Part shown: positions 39,707-48,670 of the stretch, piece by piece
Layout of the letters: the number at the start of each line of letters is the position of its first letter
Numbering within the stretch: the stretch's first letter is position 1
IMG/VR virus record: IMGVR_UViG_3300032296_002405
Location: 4,219-68,218 of that record
DNA from: a virus
Direction: 5' to 3' (one strand)
DNA length: 64,000 nucleotides
Notes under the pieces: model-generated
Told to the model about the DNA's origin: nothing
The model's database searches: none
The model's input: the letters and a program-made list of their open reading frames with translations, nothing else
Made by a program: the position numbers and the translations under genes

Positions 39707-41704
39707 ATGCGAAAACCGAACTATTCTGAGGGGTTTGACCCTCCACCGCCCAAGTGGGTATACGAGCCGGTTCCGGACTTCGCTTCCATGAAGCATCCGA
39801 AGTTGGAGGAGGACAAGTATTGGGAGGAGCAGAACCGTAGGTGGATTGAGGGTCATGCTGGTCTTACCGGGGCGCATTACTTCTATTTGCAGGAGTGTTT
39901 CCTGAATGATATTGATGGAAATGTTTTTCGTCCTGCGTGGAGGGATGTGGATGAGTTGATGTTCCAGTGGGTGGATGAATGTATGGAGTCCGGCCAGAGT
40001 CTGCTTGTATATAAGCGGAGGGAAGTCGGGGCGACTTCGGTATTTGCGAATCTGCCGTATTGGTTCATGAAGGTGTATCCCGGATGCAGGATTGGACTTA
40101 CCAGTGGTAAGGGTAACGACGGTATCAACGGTATGTTCAACGACAAGGTGCTGTTCAGCTATAATAGGTTCAATCCGATTGTATTTAACACCAAGCCTGT
40201 GCAGATGAACAATACCAAGAATGTAACGAGCTTGGAGGTTAGTCTGAAGGTGTGGAACGAGAACATCAGTACCGAGGAGTTAAGGACGAGTGTGTTGTTC
40301 TGTAAGGAGACGAGCGAAAAGCCGGACAGTCCTACGAACTTGTCGGGTCGAAGGTATAAGTATGTGTATGTGGACGAGGGTCCGCTGCATAGCAGGGTTG
40401 AGGATTTTTTGGGGTCTATCTTTCCTGCGATCAGTAAGGGGATTGACAGGACGGGATTGTTGGTGATTGCAGGTACGGTTGAGCCGAAGTTGACTCCGAA
40501 CCAGGTTGCTGCGTTTTACGATTTGATTGAGAGGAGTAAGAATCTGAATGTGCGTAGCGAGATGGTTCCTGTGTGGATGGGGTTGATCAGCAAGAACGGA
40601 TGGAGCGATGAGAAGGCTGGTATGGATTGGTATTGGGAGAACTACAAGCGTTTTGAGGAGAGTGGTGATGTGAAGGGGTTGAGGGATTTTCGGATGCAGT
40701 ATCCAAAGGACGAGCAGGATATATTTGATTTGTCGCAGGGTGGATTTTTCGAGCCTGATGTGGCCGATTTGCTTGGACATACATATAAGCAGTTGTTATC
40801 GGAAAGGAATCCTGAGGTTGCCTACAGGATGATAAATACGGGTTCGGGTGTCGAGGCCGTTCCTGATTCGGTGAAGAGGGCCAAGGAAAAGGATGGGGGT
40901 CATTGGATCATTGAGATGCCTAAGAAGGGTGTTATGTATTACCAGGCCATTGACGGTATCGGTACAGGCAGGAGGGAAGGTGGAGAGAGGGGGTCTTGGA
41001 TAGGTTGTATCATATTCAAGGGTTGGGATCCGGATGGTGGTTCGTTCACTCCGGTTGCCATATATTATGAGAGGCCCAATACGATTGAGGATGGTTATAG
41101 GCAGATGGCTATGCAATGGAATTTCTACAATCAATATGGTGGTGGGAAGGAGATAAATTACGAGGTGAATGCTTCAACGGGCGACCACTTCGGTACTTTT
41201 TTGGAGAAGAACAATCTGTACCAGTATGCGTATAAGAGAAAGGATTTGTCCGGAAAGGGTTATATCAATACCAAGAAGAGGGGCAGTGCCATCAACGAGC
41301 ATACAAGGGAGTGGCAGGTTCGTCAGGCGAATATGTTCCTTCGTCAGCATGGTGCGAATATCAAGAGCAGGTTGTTGTTGGAATCGTTGTTGATGGGTGA
41401 GAATGAAAACGCGGATTTGCGAGATGCGTTTTTGATATTCATGATAAGCGTTCCCAATTTCGACAAGCCTGTGGAGAGGAAGGAGAAGGTGAGGTATAGG
41501 AGCAAGGTTATTCTTACCAAGAACAGTGATGGTTCGTATGGATATAAGACCATTCAGGAGAAGATTGCCAACAAGGGTGAGCAGGTTCGCAGTGAGACCA
41601 AAGACCAGTATATAGACAACTTAAAGAAAAAATACGGACATTATTGGTGGCAGAAGGCCAGTGGTAGTGAAAGGGAAAAACTAAGCGAATATGACAAGGG
41701 ATGA
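39707..41704 (+). CDS. terL: Terminase large subunit
   Basis: TGAHYFYL, Walker A KRREVGATS, Walker B YVYVDEG, QYP, nuclease AIDGI...YEVN. Confidence 0.85.
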   Translation: MRKPNYSEGFDPPPPKWVYEPVPDFASMKHPKLEEDKYWEEQNRRWIEGHAGLTGAHYFYLQECFLNDIDGNVFRPAWRDVDELMFQWVDECMESGQSLLVYKRREVGATSVFANLPYWFMKVYPGCRIGLTSGKGNDGINGMFNDKVLFSYNRFNPIVFNTKPVQMNNTKNVTSLEVSLKVWNENISTEELRTSVLFCKETSEKPDSPTNLSGRRYKYVYVDEGPLHSRVEDFLGSIFPAISKGIDRTGLLVIAGTVEPKLTPNQVAAFYDLIERSKNLNVRSEMVPVWMGLISKNGWSDEKAGMDWYWENYKRFEESGDVKGLRDFRMQYPKDEQDIFDLSQGGFFEPDVADLLGHTYKQLLSERNPEVAYRMINTGSGVEAVPDSVKRAKEKDGGHWIIEMPKKGVMYYQAIDGIGTGRREGGERGSWIGCIIFKGWDPDGGSFTPVAIYYERPNTIEDGYRQMAMQWNFYNQYGGGKEINYEVNASTGDHFGTFLEKNNLYQYAYKRKDLSGKGYINTKKRGSAINEHTREWQVRQANMFLRQHGANIKSRLLLESLLMGENENADLRDAFLIFMISVPNFDKPVERKEKVRYRSKVILTKNSDGSYGYKTIQEKIANKGEQVRSETKDQYIDNLKKKYGHYWWQKASGSEREKLSEYDKG

Positions 41705-42017
41705 GCAGGTGGCGCACTTCAATGCGTTTGTGATGAAGATGGCTGATACGATGTTGAACAAGGGGGATGACTATGCGAATAAGGACAGGTTGAGTAATTT
41801 CAAATTGGCTGGTAGTATTACCGGTATTGGTGCGAAGTTGAATTGTTTGAATATGATAGCTACGAAGGTCGCAAGGTTGGGTGTGCTGTTTAGCAGCGAC
41901 CAGCGGCCCAAGCATGAGAGCATACACGACAGCATACTTGACCTTGCTTGTTATGCCACTTTGTTGTCACAGATTTTGGAAGATGAAAATAAAGTCGATT
42001 CAGAAGGGGCAGGGTGA
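41691..42017 (+). CDS. Nucleotide-modification-associated (MazG-like helical) domain protein
   Basis: KGDDYA...LSNF...KVARL...ESIHDSILDLACYA. Confidence 0.7.
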   Translation: MTRDEQVAHFNAFVMKMADTMLNKGDDYANKDRLSNFKLAGSITGIGAKLNCLNMIATKVARLGVLFSSDQRPKHESIHDSILDLACYATLLSQILEDENKVDSEGAG

Positions 42018-42198
42018 GTACGCCATGTGGTTCAAGGTTGGTGAACGCTATGCCCGTATCCAAGAGGAGTTGAAGCCGATCCGTTGGGGTGAGGGTACTA
42101 AATATGAAATGGTCGTATATAGGGTATACGACCATGACGGGAATATTGTTGCAGAGATAGAGAGTAACAGCAGTTTGCTGATTACTTACACCAGGTGA
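41983..42198 (+). CDS. Hypothetical protein
   Basis: Likely start MKIKSIQKG. Confidence 0.55.
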   Translation: MKIKSIQKGQGEYAMWFKVGERYARIQEELKPIRWGEGTKYEMVVYRVYDHDGNIVAEIESNSSLLITYTR

Positions 42199-42462
42199 TT
42201 ATTTGTTGGATGGTTTGGTGCATCCGTCTGGGCCGCACGACCAGCTTCCTTGCTTGAATGTTTTCCTTGGACTTTTGTCTGAGCCTCTTGGTTTCCCATC
42301 GCCTCTTGTAGCGAATTTGGTTTTGGGTTTTTCATAAACGCGCTCATATGCTGATTTCCCTCCTGCCAATGTCGCAGTTTTCTTCATAGTGATTGTTTCG
42401 TTGGGATTTTCAGGGTTTAGGTATCTGTATTTTTTTGGGGGTTTTGGACCGGAGATGGGCAT
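42199..42462 (-). CDS. Basic hypothetical protein, lone reverse-strand gene
   Basis: 87 aa Lys-rich, A-rich leader, CGPDGC tail. Confidence 0.55.
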   Translation of the reverse strand: MPISGPKPPKKYRYLNPENPNETITMKKTATLAGGKSAYERVYEKPKTKFATRGDGKPRGSDKSPRKTFKQGSWSCGPDGCTKPSNK

Positions 42463-42531
42463 TGTATGTATATTTTTTTCTAAACTACAAAATAATTTAT
42501 CGGATTCATGTCTATTTGAAAACTAATCAAT

Positions 42532-42539
42532 TACTTTTG
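42532..42539 (+). promoter_or_regulatory. -7 box TACTTTTG, 5 nt before portal GTG
   Basis: Consensus match with TTTG upstream at 42515-42518. Confidence 0.65.
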
Positions 42540-42544
42540 TAATC

Positions 42545-44941
42545 GTGGCAAAGCAGACTTGGACACGTCCCTCGGCTGGGATTTTGTTTTCACCTCCTAA
42601 TGATTTTGTTAAGGAGAGCGAAAAGACCGTTGACTGGTTCACCCAGTATGCGAGATGGGCTGTGGCTACTTTTTACAACCAACCCAGGCAAGCGTTTTAT
42701 AGCGGAGATATCGTAGACAAAGGTATCGCTCAGGAGGCCATTGAGAACTGGTCATACGTATTTGGTAATCAGAACAATTACCGATACAAATATATGACTA
42801 CTGATTTCAGTGGGAACCAGTTGCCTGTGCAATGGATTCCCGGTGGAAAGATTGGGTCTTTGGTTGACCACATGAAAGGTATTTTATTGAGCAGTGTGGA
42901 GAACATTGAGGTTACGGCTAAGAATCTGAGTCGTGATGTGGCCAGTAAGCGGGCTAAGATGTTGGAGAAGTTGATGATACAATACGAGTTAAGGGATTTG
43001 GTGAAGGGTGAGATGCCTGAAGGCATTGAGTTTACGCCGGTTAACGACCCTGAGGCTGTGTTGGACACAAGGGAGGACATTGCCAAATATGTAGACAAAT
43101 GGCAGGACAAGTACAGTATTGTTGCTGAGAAGATAGGTCGCAGTCAGATATTCATGGACAGTCTGAAGGAGAAGTTCTTACAGGATGGAGCCAATCAGAT
43201 TGTTGGTGGAATCAGCGGCATGTTGACCGAGGTTCAGAATGGTCGTGTTGTTAATACGGTTATTCCTGATTATGAATTGATTTGGGATAACAGGGATAAT
43301 GATCCGTTTAACAAGCAGGCTTATTTGTGTGGCTATGTTAAGCACAATGTTCCTTATCAAGAGGTTATCCGTCGTTATAAGCAATGGTTGACTCCTGAGG
43401 AGATGGAAGAGATTCGTTTGATTGCTTCCAGCGGGTATGACAACATGGAGGATTTCCTGTTCTATTATAATGTTGGATTCGGTGTTGACAACAGGTTCAA
43501 CTGGTGGCATAATGCAGGAACGAGCAATATGACCATGAGCCTTGCCACCGTATATTGGATTGCTCCCCGTGATTGGAGATACCGTCAGTTGCCTAACAGG
43601 TATGGTGTGGAGCGTGTGTTGCCGATAAACGACAACGAGACATATTCCGTTGATGGGAAGTCCGTCAAGGGCAAGGACATGTCCGGTGATTTTGATGGGT
43701 GGGACATCCACATGGCTACTTTGATTGGAAACAAGTACATCGTGAATTACGGTTACATGCCGAATGTGTTGCGTGATTTTGACAAGAAGGGTCGTCCGAT
43801 GTTGCCCATTACGATATTCTGTTCTGGTATGGCCATCAACCAGGGTAAGTCCTTGGTGAGAAAGCTGGTTCCTTATCAGGATGAGTTGGACATGTACGCA
43901 TATAAGATAAAGGAGAAGGTTGCCAAGGATGTGGGCAAGGTATATGTGTTCAACGGAAACAAGTTCAACGGCATTACATCCACGGAAATCATCAACGACT
44001 TGAAGTCGATTGGTGTTTTTGTTTCCGATGGTGGCAGTGGCGAGGTTGATGATCCGCAGAACAACCAAAGGATGGTTGAGGCTGTTGACATGACATTGGA
44101 TGCGAACATCATCAGGTATGTTGAGTTGAGGCGTATGCTTGAGACCGAGATGGAGACGATTTGTTCGGTCAGTAAGATTGCTTTGGGTCAGCAGGGTGCT
44201 GTGATTGGAAAGAGTGTCCAGGAGCAGACCATCAACCAGAACAGTTACGGAACGGCCACTTTGATGTGGGGTTTGATGAAGCACTTCAACCAGGTGTTGC
44301 AGTACAATGTGAATTTGAAGCAGATGTTGTATCAGTTCGAGGATTCGGTTGAGGAGTCCTTGGTGATAGGCGAAGAGGGAAGTTTCCTTTTGAAGATTGT
44401 TGATCCGAAGGAGTTTGGCACACAGCCATTGATGGTGTTCATGGATATAGCAAGCACTTTGGATCCGCAGCAGAGGTTGGAGTTGAAGAGCATTGCATTG
44501 AGTGAGGCTCAGAACGGAAGGCTTGACACGGTTGATTATGTTGAGCATATCCTGATGGCTCCTACTTTGAACCAGGCTGTGAAGGGATTGAAGTATAGCA
44601 AGAACAAACAGATAAAGGAGATGCAGGCACAGGCAAGTGAGCAGCAGATGATGCAGATGCAGCATGAGGCGAATCTTGCCCAGCAGAAGGCATTAAATGA
44701 AGCTGCTTTGGTACAAGTCAAGGAGGACAATGCTAACTTTAGGGCTGAGTTGCAGGCGTTGAGTAAGAATCTGGATTTGTTGTTACAGAAGTTGCAACAA
44801 GGGCCTCCGAGTGTGAGTCCATTGACCATGCAGATGGCACAGATGGCACAGGGTCCGAGTCCGGAGGAATTGGCGATGATGCAGCAACAACAGCAGGAAC
44901 AGCCTCCGATGGAAGAAGAACCACAACAAGAACCTATGTAA
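42545..44941 (+). CDS. Portal protein (crAss-like podovirus type)
   Basis: 798 aa after TerL; SLVRKLVPYQ...AKDVGK, VDMTL, Gln/Met-rich helical barrel tail. Confidence 0.8.
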   Translation: MAKQTWTRPSAGILFSPPNDFVKESEKTVDWFTQYARWAVATFYNQPRQAFYSGDIVDKGIAQEAIENWSYVFGNQNNYRYKYMTTDFSGNQLPVQWIPGGKIGSLVDHMKGILLSSVENIEVTAKNLSRDVASKRAKMLEKLMIQYELRDLVKGEMPEGIEFTPVNDPEAVLDTREDIAKYVDKWQDKYSIVAEKIGRSQIFMDSLKEKFLQDGANQIVGGISGMLTEVQNGRVVNTVIPDYELIWDNRDNDPFNKQAYLCGYVKHNVPYQEVIRRYKQWLTPEEMEEIRLIASSGYDNMEDFLFYYNVGFGVDNRFNWWHNAGTSNMTMSLATVYWIAPRDWRYRQLPNRYGVERVLPINDNETYSVDGKSVKGKDMSGDFDGWDIHMATLIGNKYIVNYGYMPNVLRDFDKKGRPMLPITIFCSGMAINQGKSLVRKLVPYQDELDMYAYKIKEKVAKDVGKVYVFNGNKFNGITSTEIINDLKSIGVFVSDGGSGEVDDPQNNQRMVEAVDMTLDANIIRYVELRRMLETEMETICSVSKIALGQQGAVIGKSVQEQTINQNSYGTATLMWGLMKHFNQVLQYNVNLKQMLYQFEDSVEESLVIGEEGSFLLKIVDPKEFGTQPLMVFMDIASTLDPQQRLELKSIALSEAQNGRLDTVDYVEHILMAPTLNQAVKGLKYSKNKQIKEMQAQASEQQMMQMQHEANLAQQKALNEAALVQVKEDNANFRAELQALSKNLDLLLQKLQQGPPSVSPLTMQMAQMAQGPSPEELAMMQQQQQEQPPMEEEPQQEPM

Positions 44942-44942
44942 T

Positions 44943-45119
44943 ATGAAAACAGAAAAGGAAATGAAAGAGAAGTGGGAGATATCCGACGCTCTTGAAACTC
45001 TACAGAAGGCCGAAGAGATTCGTGCCAATCGTGCTTTGATGGCGAAGGTTGCCAAGGCGGCAGCCAGGATTCAGAAAGTTGTAACGATGCCTAAGGCAAA
45101 AACATCAAAAAAGAAATGA
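44943..45119 (+). CDS. 58 aa basic protein (not in ORF track)
   Basis: MKTEKEMKEKWEISDALETLQKAEEIRAN...KTSKKK. Confidence 0.6.
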   Translation: MKTEKEMKEKWEISDALETLQKAEEIRANRALMAKVAKAAARIQKVVTMPKAKTSKKK

Positions 45120-45307
45120 AAGCAAAACTAGGATCAGGCGAAAGGTTCGCCGCTATCGAGGCAAAGGCCGAGAAGTTCTACGCTAAAAAAGGTAAGTCAG
45201 CCAAGCAGGCTAAGGCTATCGCTGGTGCGATTGCGGCCAAGGTTGGCATGAAGAAATACGGTAAAAAGAAAATGACAGCTATGGCTGTAAAAGGAAAGAA
45301 GAAATGA
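45116..45307 (+). CDS. Small Lys/Ala-rich basic protein
   Basis: KLGSGERF...AIAAKVGMKKYGKKKM. Confidence 0.7.
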   Translation: MKAKLGSGERFAAIEAKAEKFYAKKGKSAKQAKAIAGAIAAKVGMKKYGKKKMTAMAVKGKKK

Positions 45308-45801
45308 ACCTTACACCTCACTTCACTTTAAAGGAGCTTACTGATAGTCCTACGGCTAAGGCGAAGGGTATTGACAATACTCCTACGGCAGAGCATTTGG
45401 CTAACATGAAATATGTATGCGAAAAGATTCTTGAACCAACTAGAGCGTTTTTCGGCAAGCCTGTTCAAGTGAACAGTTCGTACAGATCGCCTGCTCTGAA
45501 CCGTGCTGTTGGTGGGAGTTCTACCTCTCAGCATGTTAACGGTGAAGCGGTTGATTTTGAGATACCCGGTATTTCAAACAAGACTGTTGCCGATTGGGTT
45601 TCCGAGAACTTGGAGTTTGACCAAATCATATTGGAGTTCTTTAAGCCTGAAGAGGGCGTTAACTCCGGATGGGTGCATGTTTCGTTGAAAAAGAGTGGTA
45701 ATAGAAAGCAGAAGTTGGTGGCATTGAAGGATGGAAGCAAGACTGTATATAAGCCTGTAACTGATTTTGACCCAAACAACGACTATGAACAATACAGATA
45801 A
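45304..45801 (+). CDS. Peptidase M15A endolysin
   Basis: HFTLKEL, SSYRSPALNRAVGGSSTSQHVNGEAVD, DQIILE, WVHVS. Confidence 0.9.
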   Translation: MNLTPHFTLKELTDSPTAKAKGIDNTPTAEHLANMKYVCEKILEPTRAFFGKPVQVNSSYRSPALNRAVGGSSTSQHVNGEAVDFEIPGISNKTVADWVSENLEFDQIILEFFKPEEGVNSGWVHVSLKKSGNRKQKLVALKDGSKTVYKPVTDFDPNNDYEQYR

Positions 45802-45802
45802 G

Positions 45803-46054
45803 ATGATAAATTTCCTTGGCAGCCTACTTGTATTGGGTGTGGCTATCGGCATATTCATAATGCTGATGAGTACGGTCATGCCTGATGAGAACAGGGAGTT
45901 GCTTATTGCATTCGTTTCGGTACTGTTCGGAGCGATGTCCGGTTCTTTGAAAAAGATAACCGGTGATGAGAGTTTACTTATCGATGAATTGTCAAGGAAG
46001 AACAAGGAATTGGAGGAGAAACTTAGTAAAATGACACCAAAGGATGAACAGTAA
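45803..46054 (+). CDS. Putative holin (2 TM)
   Basis: Two hydrophobic helices split by MPDENRE, next to endolysin. Confidence 0.55.
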   Translation: MINFLGSLLVLGVAIGIFIMLMSTVMPDENRELLIAFVSVLFGAMSGSLKKITGDESLLIDELSRKNKELEEKLSKMTPKDEQ

Positions 46055-46337
46055 GGTTTCCATAGGCATAATAGTTGTGGCTGTTGTTGGACTGCTTTCT
46101 TTCATGGTTTCCGTGATTCAGGATTTCAATGAGGCAAGTTTTGTCCGTAGTAGTGGTATGGTTACTGCTAAGGATAGTTTGTTATCAGCCAGACTTGATT
46201 CATTGTATGCCAAGGATTCCATTCTTACGGCTATGGTTTTAGAACAGAATAAGAAAATCGAATCAATGGGTAATTCCATTGTCAATATAAAAAGCAACAT
46301 AACCACCATTGGTAAAATAATAACCGAAAACAAATGA
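46044..46337 (+). CDS. Membrane-anchored coiled-coil protein
   Basis: N-terminal TM; AKDS motif repeated. Confidence 0.55.
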   Translation: MNSKVSIGIIVVAVVGLLSFMVSVIQDFNEASFVRSSGMVTAKDSLLSARLDSLYAKDSILTAMVLEQNKKIESMGNSIVNIKSNITTIGKIITENK

Positions 46338-46837
46338 AAAACGAACCTAAAGTACGCACCAAGGTACTCACACGCCGAGGTGGAGATATTGTAAAAACTA
46401 AGACCGTAACCAAGGGTGACGGCATGAAGCGTGTTGAAAGAACCAAGACCAAGATTGGTCAGGCTGGTGTTTATACAGGCAAGTCTGTTGTTGAAAAAGG
46501 TCCGATGGGCAAGTCAATGACCGGCTCTTTCTCTTATAAATCAAAGGATGGCGGGTCATATGGTGGTGCTATCGAGAAGATAAAAGCTGGTGGTATGAAG
46601 ACCAAGCGTACCAGTTCATATGATACATTCAGCGAACCCGCTGCTACATATACCATGAGTGGTGGAAAAAAGGTTAATGTACCTGCTTACACCTCCACTG
46701 ATAAGACCAGTATGGTTAAGAGAAAGGGTATGGGTATGAAGTCAAAAGTTGTCAAAAGAACAATGGGCGAGAGTTACGATGCCTATGGCAACAAGGTTCC
46801 TTCAAGAACGATTATTAAATCCAAAAAATCTAAATAA
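46334..46837 (+). CDS. Highly basic Lys/Thr/Gly-rich protein
   Basis: 167 aa ORF with repetitive KTKT/KSK. Confidence 0.7.
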   Translation: MKNEPKVRTKVLTRRGGDIVKTKTVTKGDGMKRVERTKTKIGQAGVYTGKSVVEKGPMGKSMTGSFSYKSKDGGSYGGAIEKIKAGGMKTKRTSSYDTFSEPAATYTMSGGKKVNVPAYTSTDKTSMVKRKGMGMKSKVVKRTMGESYDAYGNKVPSRTIIKSKKSK

Positions 46838-46838
46838 C

Positions 46839-47210
46839 ATGGCATACGGAACAAACAAGAAAAAGGCTGTTGCTAAACCCAAGCCTAAGGCTCAACCAAA
46901 GCCCAAGAAGGGTTATATTGAATCATACATGGATCTTCCTATGTCTGAAAAGATTATGAAGGCTCCAGGTTATATTGTTGGTGCGCCTATCATGGCTGGC
47001 AAGGCTCTTGGTGAAAAGGCTTCTCAAATTAAGTCTGATTATGAAAAGGGCAAAAGAATGCGTTTGCGTGAGGAGTATAAGGCTGCTGGTGGCAAGACCA
47101 TCCGTGAAAAAATATCAGAAGCTAAAAAGATTTATGAGCAAATGCAGAAATCAAAGAAGACTGCACCTAAGGCTCCAGTTAAAAAAGCACCTATTAAAAA
47201 ATCTAAATAA
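46839..47210 (+). CDS. Basic protein with KPK/KKAP tails
   Basis: Start MAYGTNKKK just after upstream stop. Confidence 0.7.
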   Translation: MAYGTNKKKAVAKPKPKAQPKPKKGYIESYMDLPMSEKIMKAPGYIVGAPIMAGKALGEKASQIKSDYEKGKRMRLREEYKAAGGKTIREKISEAKKIYEQMQKSKKTAPKAPVKKAPIKKSK

Positions 47211-47211
47211 C

Positions 47212-47313
47212 ATGAAATCAAACTGCTCATCCAAGAACATGCCAGCACCGAAGCCAACCAAGGCAAAGCGTAGCGGATATCCTAAGTTGTCTCCTCGTAG
47301 GGGTAATAAGTAA
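47212..47313 (+). CDS. 33 aa basic peptide
   Basis: MKSNCSSKNMPAPKPTKAKRSGYPKLSPRRGNK. Confidence 0.5.
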   Translation: MKSNCSSKNMPAPKPTKAKRSGYPKLSPRRGNK

Positions 47314-47453
47314 TGGCCAAGGTTAAAGCACAGACCGCCAGCAAATACAAGTCTCGACCCAAGGTCAAGCGGCCAGGTGTGCATGCCAAGACCAAGAGTA
47401 GCCAGGTCAAGGGTTCCAAATTCTATCAGAAACTATCAAGAGGACAAGGATGA
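47313..47453 (+). CDS. 46 aa basic peptide (not in ORF track)
   Basis: MAKVKAQ...KRPGVHAKTKSS...KLSRGQG; coupled on both sides. Confidence 0.6.
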   Translation: MAKVKAQTASKYKSRPKVKRPGVHAKTKSSQVKGSKFYQKLSRGQG

Positions 47454-47779
47454 TTCCAGATCGCATAAAGAACGCAATGGCCAAAGAGGGTCTGTCTGGG
47501 GTGAATAAGCCCAAGAAGACCCCATCCCATCCTACCAAGAAAGGTGTTGTGATGGCGAGCGAGGGTGGCAAGTACAAGCTCATCAGGTTCGGTGACCAGA
47601 AGATGGGTCATAATTACTCACCTGAGGCTAGGAAGTCGTTCAAGGCTAGGCATGGCAAGAATATTGCAAAGGGCAAGATGTCTGCTGCGTATTGGGCTAA
47701 TAAAAGTCTATGGTCTGGACCTACTGGTGATAAAAAAATGCCACCAAAAACTCAAAAGTATACTCGTGGATTAAAGTAA
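47450..47779 (+). CDS. Conserved basic phage protein
   Basis: NKPKKTPSHPTK...LIRFG...RKSFKARH...SAAYWA. Confidence 0.75.
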   Translation: MIPDRIKNAMAKEGLSGVNKPKKTPSHPTKKGVVMASEGGKYKLIRFGDQKMGHNYSPEARKSFKARHGKNIAKGKMSAAYWANKSLWSGPTGDKKMPPKTQKYTRGLK

Positions 47780-47783
47780 TTTA

Positions 47784-48263
47784 ATGGGAAAACGTAAAGA
47801 TATAGTTAAAGAAAGGTTCTATAAAAAATGTCCAATATGTAACAAAGATCAATCTTATGGAAGATTAGATCATTTTAAAATGGCATTAAAGTCAAATTGG
47901 ACTTGTGCAAAATGTGGCCAAATAAATAAGAAAGATATTAAATGGTATAACGACATTAGAATTTCTTGGTGGCAAAAAACAGAAAAGAATGCAAAATATA
48001 GAAATATTGATTTTCTAATTACGCCGAAATTTATTTGGGATTTATACTTAATACAAGACAAAAAGTGTGCTTTGACAAAATTAGATATAGGGTGGGCAAA
48101 AATTGGACAAAACCATACAGCTTCAATTGATAGGATTGATAGTTCAGTTGGGTATATTGAGGGAAATGTATGGTTAGTACATAAAGATATAAATATGATG
48201 AAACAGTCTTTTGACGTAATTGATTTTATAGAATATTGTAAATTAGTTTCATATAATAATTAA
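47784..48263 (+). CDS. HNH-like (His-Me finger) free-standing endonuclease
   Basis: CPIC...CAKC; KCALT...SIDRIDSSVGYIEGNVWLVHKDINMMK; AT-rich insert. Confidence 0.8.
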   Translation: MGKRKDIVKERFYKKCPICNKDQSYGRLDHFKMALKSNWTCAKCGQINKKDIKWYNDIRISWWQKTEKNAKYRNIDFLITPKFIWDLYLIQDKKCALTKLDIGWAKIGQNHTASIDRIDSSVGYIEGNVWLVHKDINMMKQSFDVIDFIEYCKLVSYNN

Positions 48264-48655
48264 TGGCATCAGCTGTAAAGAAAGATCCCGCTAAATGGAA
48301 GCGGATAGTTGCCAGGGTTAAGGCCGGTACAAAAGGCGGAGACCCAGGCGAGTGGAGTGCGAGAAAGGCCCAACTTGCCGTATCTTTGTATAAGAAATCG
48401 GGAGGGGGTTATGTGGGGCCTAAGAGTGAGACGAGCCTTTCCAAGTGGACCAAGCAGGATTGGACAACATCCAGCGGCAAGCCATCGGAAGGGAAAAGGA
48501 GATACCTACCCAAGGCGGCATGGTCTGCGTTGAGTCCATCTGAAAAGAGTGCGACCAACAAAGCCAAGGCTGAGGGAAACAAAAAGGGAAAACAATTCGT
48601 CAAGCAGCCAAAGTCAGTTGCTGCGAAGGTGAAGCGTTTTAGGAACGGGAGCTAA
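48263..48655 (+). CDS. Conserved basic phage protein (DUF5872-like)
   Basis: GEWSARKAQL...YKKSGGGY...KWTKQDW...RYLPKAAW...KQFV. Confidence 0.75.
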   Translation: MASAVKKDPAKWKRIVARVKAGTKGGDPGEWSARKAQLAVSLYKKSGGGYVGPKSETSLSKWTKQDWTTSSGKPSEGKRRYLPKAAWSALSPSEKSATNKAKAEGNKKGKQFVKQPKSVAAKVKRFRNGS

Positions 48656-48670
48656 CTTAAAAAACAAAAT

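Noticed and set aside
43178-44665. 495 aa antisense ORF inside the portal gene
   Set aside because: Shadow frame caused by skewed codon usage; His/Leu/Gln-rich composition with no motifs.
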